Part shown: in pieces, positions 50,012-57,117 of the stretch
How the letters are laid out: the number at the start of each line of letters is the position of its first letter
Position numbering within the stretch: position 1 is the stretch's first letter
Assembly (NCBI GenBank): GCA_030141605.1
Contig: JAQGDQ010002397.1
Coordinates: 42,556 to 99,672 of the forward strand
Length of the DNA stretch: 57,117 nucleotides
Source: Tubiluchus corallicola
Taxonomy: Eukaryota; Animalia; Priapulida
Direction of reading: 5' to 3'
Notes under the pieces: generated by a model
The model's input: the letters and a program-made list of their open reading frames with translations, nothing else
What the model was told of the DNA's origin: nothing
Database searches by the model: none
Program-made: the position numbers and the translations under genes

Positions 50012-53000
50012 CTATCTTCTCCTGAAAGTATTTTCCAAATTCTCTTATATTCCTCTCCAGACAGAGATGATGTTTGTGGGACCGCTTTCTCCCACTCTGA
50101 AATATCAGATTGCCTTAAAAACGAGCGTGCATCCTGAACAGTGCGCTTCTCCTTCGACACGGAATCTTTCATGACGCTACCGAGAGATTCAGCAATCGTC
50201 CTCGGTACAGAATTCATGCGCAACAAAACGCCTTCTTCTGACTGAACACCGTGATAGATCATTGCCGGAATCATGTTGATCTGACGCTTCTCAGTATCAG
50301 ATAACCGATCAAAATCGATCCCTGATAAACGGCTCAGAGCAGACATCCCCCAGGTACCGTTATTCACCAGAGTTTTATAAATGGCTTTACATGCGGCGGT
50401 TAAAGCCTTGGTTTGATCTTTTCCATCTTTGAAATAATCACGGGCGATTTCCTCAATGCTCTTACCGTTTACCCATGCTTTCGTGATGTCTGCTATCTGA
50501 CTGTGTTCAAGTCGCCGGTTGGTAATCTCCTCAAGGTTGCCTTTGAGCTGCGGAATTCGCAGCATCACCCCATAGAGGTCTGCCATACCGGACTGCCCAC
50601 CAAAAAGACTGTCAGGCTTCCAGTCATCAGCTGTCAGCTTGTTTTCCAGAGAATTGATCCCAGCCAGCGCCCGACTAATGCCTTCCGGAGAGAAGCCCGT
50701 CATATCAGCAAGTGACGCATGCCCGGGATTCTCAGAGAGGGTTCGGGCATATTTTTTGGTAACTTCCAGAAGCTTTTCAGCCTTTTGCTTCTGGTCAGGT
50801 CGGCTTTCAAGCCATCCATACCCGAGAGTATTACGGAGCAGTTGCTCTGTATCCGAAAGAACCGCATCAAGGTTTTTCTTTTCATTCCATAGGTGCGCGA
50901 CATAACAACGGAAGTCCTCCCATTGTTCGTTCTGAAAAACAGCCTCCAGATCATTTAGTTTTCCAGCCTGCTCAAGCTCATCAAGCATTTTCACCAGACG
51001 GGAAGTCAGTTCCCCGGTCGCTCGGGACACATATTCAATTATCTTCTGCGGTTCATTGCCCGCAGCAAGGCCCACAACTCCAACGCTGTCGTGGTTCATG
51101 CGACCTGCGCGACCCGCAAGGTTCCAGAACTCACGAGGCGACATTTCCTTTCCATATGGATATTTGTTCGAAGCCAGGAACACGGAGGATACCGGGAAGT
51201 TAATGCCCTGAGCGATGGTCGTCGTTGCACAAAGCACCCGAAGCTCTCCTTCTTCAGCAAGCCACTCCATAAGGGCTCTAACTTCGTCAGACAGACCGGA
51301 ATGATGCACCCCCACACCACGAGAGAGCATATCGATCAGCTCAAAGTTGGAACTTATTTCTGAGCGGAGGAAATTCTGAACCAATTGAATTTCATCCGGG
51401 ACCGGTGTGAAAGGCTGCATGGTCTCACAGGTTCTTCGAGCCATGTTCCATACCCAGTCGGTATTATTCGCCACCGCAATACTGGTTCCGCGCTCGGACA
51501 TAATTCGAGCCATTGCCGCAGTCTGCAGGGTCATCCCAACCTGCTCGCCCTTTTTTAGAACTTTGCTTTTAGGAACCTTTAACGGTTTCACGCCACCGAC
51601 TGTGTGTTCACCGGATAGATGAATCGTCTTCGGTGTGGTGGTGAGCGTTTCATATTTCAGGTGCCATCCGGCATTGATGGAATCGTTAGCTTCCGCCTTG
51701 AACATCCCCACAATTCGTTCATTGGGCTTCCATGGTGTTGTTCCAAAGCTGATTGGCCGCCCGGCGTTAATATCCTGTGCAAGCCAGCGGGCAAGGACTT
51801 CCGGCTTTTCAACAAAGGGCATCAGCAGCAAAAAATTGGCTGTGCTGCATTCACCCTTAATCGTTGCCAGCAGTAATTCGATCCGCAATCCACGAGTTTC
51901 ATCTTCAATGTTGTGCGCTTCGTCCATGACAACGAGAGCCAGAGGACGGGGCACTTTTTTATTGCGAATGATGAGTTGAAGCTTCTCTGGAGTTGCGACC
52001 AATACATCGAAAGCTTCCGCCTTTTCTGTTTGTGCCAGAAGGTCTTCCTCAAAAGCATCGACTTCAATCGCGCCGGTAAGCTGCTCAACCTTCACCCCGA
52101 TTGGTTCAAAATCACGTCTGAGCCTTCGAGTAATCTGAGCGGTTAGCGCTTTTGTCGGGGCTACATAAGCCACCCAGCCTTTACCGGATTCATCCTGATC
52201 AAACTGATTGAGAGCCTGCAATATTCTGAACTGGGCAAGCAGCGTTTTCCCGCCAGAGGTCGGCATGTCAACAACGATGGCCGTTGCAGCCTGATCAAGA
52301 AGTCCTTGTTTCTGAATAGCGGCTCGCTGAGGTGGCAGTAATTCGAACAACGCCTGCTGCTTGGTTACTTCATTTACAAACTTCGTAACACGGGAATTGA
52401 TTCGTCTTGCAACCCACCAGATGGAGTCGGCAACCATCTGACGTCCGGCAATCTGTAACCAGCGCAACAGTATTTCGAGTTGTGAATCGGCACTTGCCGC
52501 TGCCGCTTCGATTGCTGATTCAAAATGCTTATTCAACAACGTGGTGACACCGGCTGGTTCACCTTGCAGCATATATTTGGCCTGAATTTCCGTCGCCTTG
52601 GCCCAGTGATAGAGGCTAATGAGCCGCAGAGCCATGGCACGGTTTTCGGCATTGCTGGAATCGTTCAGAACTCCGGCTTCATACTGTTTCTGGTCTTCTC
52701 TAAGCCCGGCAATGATTTCACGGATACGATCCAGATCATCCCAGCGTTTTTTTCTGAAAAGTCGAATCCAGCACTCGAACAGGCGGTTGAGCAAACGCCC
52801 ATCCCAAGGCGCATTTGCAACAGAGGGCACCTGAAGGATCTTTTCATTTTCGTTATACCAGCGGCGCAGATCCGTCCACCGGTCTCCGCAATAAGCCAAT
52901 GAAGAGAGGTGCAGAATGTGAAAAATCCGCTGTTCATCGGCAGCAGGAAGTCTAAAAAGCCGCCGGATTTCAAATGCCCGGTAAGCACCTGAAGCGCATT

Positions 53001-53268
53001 GCTCTCTTAGTTCCTTCTCTGTGGAAGTCGGATTCAGGAAATCATTAAGTCCCTCAATGGCCGCCATCTCATACGCCATGGATACTCTGTCGAGCAGCTC
53101 ATAGTCAGACGGTGAAAATGTATAGTTGAAATGGATCTGAACGCCGACAGCCTTCTCCACGAGGAGGCGATTAGACAGTTCAACAGCCCGGTTGATCTCT
53201 TCGTTGCCAATGGCTTGAATGGCCCAGTGCTCGTCAATTCTTTTCAGAGATGCTGTTGTTACGTTCAT
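50008..53268 (-). CDS. Ski2-like SF2 DEAH helicase, HamB-like (Hachiman-like defence)
   Basis: MPTSGGKT, VATPEK, VMDEAH, GVGVHHSGL, ATTTIAQGINFP, NLAGRAGR; long helical N-terminal region; ATGA-coupled to the upstream nuclease. Confidence 0.8.
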   Translation of the reverse strand: MNVTTASLKRIDEHWAIQAIGNEEINRAVELSNRLLVEKAVGVQIHFNYTFSPSDYELLDRVSMAYEMAAIEGLNDFLNPTSTEKELREQCASGAYRAFEIRRLFRLPAADEQRIFHILHLSSLAYCGDRWTDLRRWYNENEKILQVPSVANAPWDGRLLNRLFECWIRLFRKKRWDDLDRIREIIAGLREDQKQYEAGVLNDSSNAENRAMALRLISLYHWAKATEIQAKYMLQGEPAGVTTLLNKHFESAIEAAAASADSQLEILLRWLQIAGRQMVADSIWWVARRINSRVTKFVNEVTKQQALFELLPPQRAAIQKQGLLDQAATAIVVDMPTSGGKTLLAQFRILQALNQFDQDESGKGWVAYVAPTKALTAQITRRLRRDFEPIGVKVEQLTGAIEVDAFEEDLLAQTEKAEAFDVLVATPEKLQLIIRNKKVPRPLALVVMDEAHNIEDETRGLRIELLLATIKGECSTANFLLLMPFVEKPEVLARWLAQDINAGRPISFGTTPWKPNERIVGMFKAEANDSINAGWHLKYETLTTTPKTIHLSGEHTVGGVKPLKVPKSKVLKKGEQVGMTLQTAAMARIMSERGTSIAVANNTDWVWNMARRTCETMQPFTPVPDEIQLVQNFLRSEISSNFELIDMLSRGVGVHHSGLSDEVRALMEWLAEEGELRVLCATTTIAQGINFPVSSVFLASNKYPYGKEMSPREFWNLAGRAGRMNHDSVGVVGLAAGNEPQKIIEYVSRATGELTSRLVKMLDELEQAGKLNDLEAVFQNEQWEDFRCYVAHLWNEKKNLDAVLSDTEQLLRNTLGYGWLESRPDQKQKAEKLLEVTKKYARTLSENPGHASLADMTGFSPEGISRALAGINSLENKLTADDWKPDSLFGGQSGMADLYGVMLRIPQLKGNLEEITNRRLEHSQIADITKAWVNGKSIEEIARDYFKDGKDQTKALTAACKAIYKTLVNNGTWGMSALSRLSGIDFDRLSDTEKRQINMIPAMIYHGVQSEEGVLLRMNSVPRTIAESLGSVMKDSVSKEKRTVQDARSFLRQSDISEWEKAVPQTSSLSGEEYKRIWKILSGEDR

Positions 53269-54062
53269 ACAACACCTCCATTTCTACTGCTGACTACCTT
53301 ATTGCTCAGTTGACCGATACTGTCTTGCGGCAAATAAAGCGCCAGTAATTCGATCACCATATCCGCGTGCTGATCCTTGGCGAGCTTGGTCACGCGTGTG
53401 CGAAGGTCATCCTGATTCGGCTCCACATCACGAACCAAAAAGCCGAAAACATGGACATTGGTTCTGCTTTGTATGTAATTCTTTGCGGCCCGCTTGAATC
53501 GATCTTCCCACGAGGACTTTTGGGCTCGAAAGCCAAGATATCTAAAGATATCATCCTTGATCTTCACACTATCTTTCAGATCCTCAAGTTGTTGTTTCAA
53601 GCCTGTACGGCCGTGCATCACTCCGGGAGGATACTTGTTTTCAGTCGATGTCTTAACCTCACCGAACGCAAAAAAGTCGTCGACACCATTGGATTGAAAG
53701 CCAACCAAGTCAGCACCGGGCAGGCTGGAGCCGCTCTTGCGCTCGTCACGTCCATCCGGCCAAGGGAAGAAGCAGTCCTTTTGATCTACCAGATATGTCT
53801 CGGTCAGTGCTTCACCCACACGCCAGTTTTCCGGCGGTTTGGTATCGGCCAGGATTCGTTCAACTGTGTCTTTTTCAAAATCGGTTTCAGCAAGCCCGGC
53901 AAGCAATGCTTCAATATCCGCCTTTCCGGAATCATCATACACAACTCCTGCGACAGAGCCGGACAATGCAGTGTCAAGCTCATCGGCAGAATAAGAAAAG
54001 CCGCATCCAGTTACCGGTGCGGTTCCTAATTGGTATTGAATGGTTCCGGTGGCAATGCTCAT
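53265..54062 (-). CDS. PD-(D/E)xK nuclease, HamA-like
   Basis: GEAL.E.YL helix, PGADLVG...FGEVK catalytic pattern; directly upstream of the Ski2-like helicase. Confidence 0.7.
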   Translation of the reverse strand: MSIATGTIQYQLGTAPVTGCGFSYSADELDTALSGSVAGVVYDDSGKADIEALLAGLAETDFEKDTVERILADTKPPENWRVGEALTETYLVDQKDCFFPWPDGRDERKSGSSLPGADLVGFQSNGVDDFFAFGEVKTSTENKYPPGVMHGRTGLKQQLEDLKDSVKIKDDIFRYLGFRAQKSSWEDRFKRAAKNYIQSRTNVHVFGFLVRDVEPNQDDLRTRVTKLAKDQHADMVIELLALYLPQDSIGQLSNKVVSSRNGGVV

Positions 54063-54979
54063 AAGGCGGACTCCAGAACCGCATCGTTGTCATTCACGGA
54101 AAGCTTCTCAACTACGCCTTGCATCAAGATCGGACATAAATTCTGAAGCTGTTCCTTCAGCTCAGCATTTAAGCGTTTACGTGTCTCAAGGGTATGGTGT
54201 ATGGCAACAATGCTTTCTTGAACCTCAGGGGGAGGTATGGGGAGCTTTATATTACACATGTCGCTCCAATCAAAAGTTTCCCGTGCTCTTCCCCAAGAAT
54301 GATAGCGGGCATAACAGTCAAACTCCGCCCTTTTAAGCCAGAGAAATACATACTCAGGAAGGAGACCAACGTTCTCAACAACATTAAATACAGAATAAAT
54401 TGCCGATACAGTGCAATCTCGACCATCATTCATTGCTAAAGCAATTTTGTCCCCTCGGCGAGAGGTGTCAAGTGTACTTTCATAAGACTGCTGGTTTTTC
54501 TGGAGAGATCTATATAACGCCACGTACTTGCGTTGCCCATCTATACTGGGAAGAGGAATCTCGATATCGCAAAACCGGTCCCATTCACGGCTTGTTCGAA
54601 CACTGCTATCGCTGATAAACCAGTCATAATGGTCTGTTTCAGGGCGCTTAAACCACATCATCAAGTACTCAGGAAATACCTGCTCTTGATCAACCTCAAA
54701 AATTAAATATACAGGCGATATAAGAGCGGAGGTCTCTTGGTCAAACAGTGCAATCCGAATACATTCATTACGTCCTGTCTGCATTACGCTATATACAAAC
54801 CGGCCTTTCGAAACAACTTTGTAACGACTCAAATCAGTTCCGGATACGTTAGCAACCGATGGCATAAATTTCTTATTGATATTGATGCCAAGGAGCCTGT
54901 CTGCGCCTATCACATTCTCATTATTTCTTGAGTCAACCAGATGTATATAATCGCCGAGTCTTTCAAAGCTTGATTTCAT
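54059..54979 (-). pseudogene. hsdS: Type I R-M specificity subunit, apparently internally deleted
   Basis: Two TRD-like halves ending IEIPLPSIDGQ and IKLPIPPPEVQ; the start of the second TRD appears missing (YESTL|DTSRRGDKIALA). Confidence 0.8.
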
Positions 54980-55135
54980 ACCCTAATCACCTGAATGCCT
55001 TCCCCAGTTCGTCCTGTGCATCTGCCCCTTCTTTGAGAATGGACTGAAAGGTCTTCTGAGCCCGCTTCATTTCGCTGTCAAAGTCGACATCAACATCTCT
55101 GTCTGTAAATTCGATGTGTTTACTTGGGTACCAGA
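54962..55135 (-). pseudogene. hsdM: Type I R-M methyltransferase, extreme C-terminal remnant
   Basis: PSKHIEFTDRD.D.DFDSEMKR.Q...AFR*LGYEIKL* overlapping the hsdS start; in-frame TGA. Confidence 0.65.
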
Positions 55136-55198
55136 GAATAATCATTTGCTCTAATCTCATCAGCACTTGCAGAGTAGCAGTATTCCGGAACATATATA

Positions 55199-55551
55199 TG
55201 GAGGCGGCGGGAATCGAACCCGCGTCCGAAGAACTTTCACTCCGAGCGCTACATGCTTAGCCTATGTACTAAATTTTTCTTAAAGGTCGTCCCAAAGGCA
55301 GGCAACCAATAGATAATCCGCTAAAATTTCACATCGAGAACCCACGGAAGATTCCGATGCCAGCCCGACTATATTTGGTACTTTAGACCGCTCGATCGGG
55401 CAGAGCTGTCTAAAGCATCGCCGGCTTATATTATGCGGCGAGTGCGTATTCGTCGTTTGCGAATATTGTTTTCCAGGGCTTTGAAAGGACCCTAGCGAAC
55501 CTTGCATGCTCCCAAAAGCTACGACTTCCCCGTCGAAACCTTGTCGCCCCC
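55199..55551 (-). ncRNA. ssrA: tmRNA; tag reading frame ANDEYALAA* at 55460-55431
   Basis: 5' GGGGGCGACAAGGTTTCGAC, 3' GCGGGTTCGATTCCCGCCGCCTCCA; adjacent to smpB. Confidence 0.97.
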
Positions 55552-55610
55552 TTAACTATTCTATTGTCAAATATCTGATATTCTACACGCACTGTATATC
55601 AACACAAAAT

Positions 55611-56063
55611 CTAACGATTTTTGTGTTTAAAATCTCGCTCCATCTCACGATTTAGATCGCGTTCACGAATACTGTTCCGTTTATCGTGCACTTTTTTACC
55701 TTTACCGAGGGCAACTTCAATCTTCACGAGGTTTCCCTTAAGGTAGACCTTCAAGGGAACGAGCGTCAATCCCTTCTCTGCGACTTTACGCTCAAACTTC
55801 TCAATCTCATGCCTGTGCAGCAGGACCTTCCTCATGCGACGAGAGTCCACATTTTCGCGATTGCCTTTGTCATAGGGAGCTATGTGGCAGTTTATCAAAA
55901 ACATCTCGCCACTCAACACCTTAAGGTGCGAATCTTTTAAGTTAAGGGCAGATTCCTTAACGGACTTCACCTCTGTGCCGACAAGAACAATGCCCGCTTC
56001 AGCCCTCTCAAGAATTTCATAGTCTGCAAAAGCTTTCTTGTTTGAAGCAACAACTTTCATCAT
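55611..56063 (-). CDS. smpB: SsrA-binding protein
   Basis: NKKA..DY....EAGIVLVGTEVKS, RKVLLH..EI, KGKK.HDKR. Confidence 0.97.
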   Translation of the reverse strand: MMKVVASNKKAFADYEILERAEAGIVLVGTEVKSVKESALNLKDSHLKVLSGEMFLINCHIAPYDKGNRENVDSRRMRKVLLHRHEIEKFERKVAEKGLTLVPLKVYLKGNLVKIEVALGKGKKVHDKRNSIRERDLNREMERDFKHKNR

Positions 56064-56199
56064 TAGGAAAGTACAGGAAACTTCAATAACAGTCAATCCC
56101 ATAAAGCGTAAGCCTGGTCGACATAATCACTTTTAAGCTCGATATTTTTGTACATTTATTTTATCATGTGTGGCTACAAATTTGAAAAGGTGTGGAAAA

Positions 56200-57117
56200 T
56201 TGATATATAGACATAGGTATGACGTAATAGTCGTAGGTGGTGGACATGCAGGGGTAGAAGCCGCTCGAGCTGCGGCTCGCATGGGAGCAAACACCTTATT
56301 GTTGTCGATAAACGTGGAGCTGATAGTGCAACTGAGCTGTAACCCCGCAGTAGGCGGTCTAGGCAAAGGACATATTGTCAAGGAGATAGACGCTCTCGGC
56401 GGAGAAATGGCAAAAAATACGGATGCCACAGGCATCCAGTTCAAGATACTGAACAGACGCAAAGGAGCTGCCGTAAGGGGAAGCAGAGCACAAACAGACA
56501 AGGTGCTGTATCGGGAAAGGATGCAAAGCATACTTTTTCAACAAAGTAACCTCACAGTAAAGCAGGCGATAGTGGAAGACATCTTAACGGAAAACAACTC
56601 TGTTAAAGGAGTTGTGACAGAGACGGGTCAGACATTTTTAGGCAAAAAGATAGTAGTTTGTGCCGGCACATTCATGGGGGGAACGGTCCATATCGGCAAA
56701 ACTCGGTATTCCGCTGGAAGATTGAATGAATTTGCTGCAGTCGATATCTCAAAAAGCTTAAAAAAACTAAATCTTGACATGGGAAAGCTGAAAACCGGAA
56801 CTCCAGCAAGACTGCACAGGGATACCATCAACTTTGATGTATTGGAAGAACACAAGGGAGATACAGAGATACGCCCACTTTCATTCGAAACGGAGAGCAT
56901 CACCCTCCCTCAGGTACCGTGTCACATAACATACACGAATGAAGAAACCCATAAAATCATAAGGGAAAACTTTCACCTTTCTCCCATGTACTCTGGTACA
57001 ATTCAGGGAATCGGACCGAGATATTGCCCCTCCATTGAGGACAAAGTGCGAAAATTTCCCCACAAGACCCAGCACCAAATCATCTTAGAACCTGAAGGAC
57101 TTTCGTCTAAAGAGATA
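56200..57117 (+). CDS. mnmG: tRNA uridine-5-carboxymethylaminomethyl modification enzyme (runs off the window)
   Basis: YDVIVVGGGHAGVEAA, SCNPAVGG, EIDALGG, KTGTPARL, GPRYCPSIEDK. Confidence 0.97.
   Translation, partial: MIYRHRYDVIVVGGGHAGVEAARAAARMGANTLLLSINVELIVQLSCNPAVGGLGKGHIVKEIDALGGEMAKNTDATGIQFKILNRRKGAAVRGSRAQTDKVLYRERMQSILFQQSNLTVKQAIVEDILTENNSVKGVVTETGQTFLGKKIVVCAGTFMGGTVHIGKTRYSAGRLNEFAAVDISKSLKKLNLDMGKLKTGTPARLHRDTINFDVLEEHKGDTEIRPLSFETESITLPQVPCHITYTNEETHKIIRENFHLSPMYSGTIQGIGPRYCPSIEDKVRKFPHKTQHQIILEPEGLSSKEI

Larger units (their letters stand above)
49438..55198 (-). mobile_element. Decayed defence island abutting the tmRNA 3' end
   Basis: hsdM'-hsdS'-nuclease-helicase-hsdR' immediately downstream of ssrA, a common integration site; no integrase remains. 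Confidence 0.7.

Noticed and set aside
53367-54029. 220-aa antisense ORF and many other opposite-strand ORFs over real genes
   Set aside because: No recognisable motifs; shadow ORFs of well-supported genes

Overview
Bacterial chromosomal window from a draft assembly (828-nt N gap at 45612-46439). Core genes sit at both ends: hemD-hemB-DUF815 ATPase-HU on the left and ssrA(tmRNA)-smpB plus the start of mnmG on the right. About 50 kb of accessory DNA lies between them. It contains: an orphan phage-type lysis cassette beside tRNA-Thr; a GltS-family symporter with an invertebrate-type opine dehydrogenase; a zone of decayed genes (Sel1 repeats, Panacea toxin-antitoxin pair, ParA/RHH remnant) before tRNA-Leu; a DASS transporter; a TRAP operon with duplicated dctP and a GH31 glycosidase; nagA; DUF2971 and Mrr; a ROK/XylFGH-like/CE15 sugar locus; an ABC-F gene with a leader-peptide attenuator; a second TRAP operon with three non-canonical M24-fold hydrolases; and a decayed type I R-M island at tmRNA carrying an intact Hachiman-like nuclease-helicase pair. 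The best candidates for undescribed biology are a tandem, aptamer-like 5' leader RNA with an overlapping terminator (15803-15954), the TRAP plus triple degenerate-M24 operon, and the opine uptake/dehydrogenase pair. Several frameshifts lie in short homopolymers and may be sequencing errors. All calls come from motif recognition by eye; no searches or folding programs were run.
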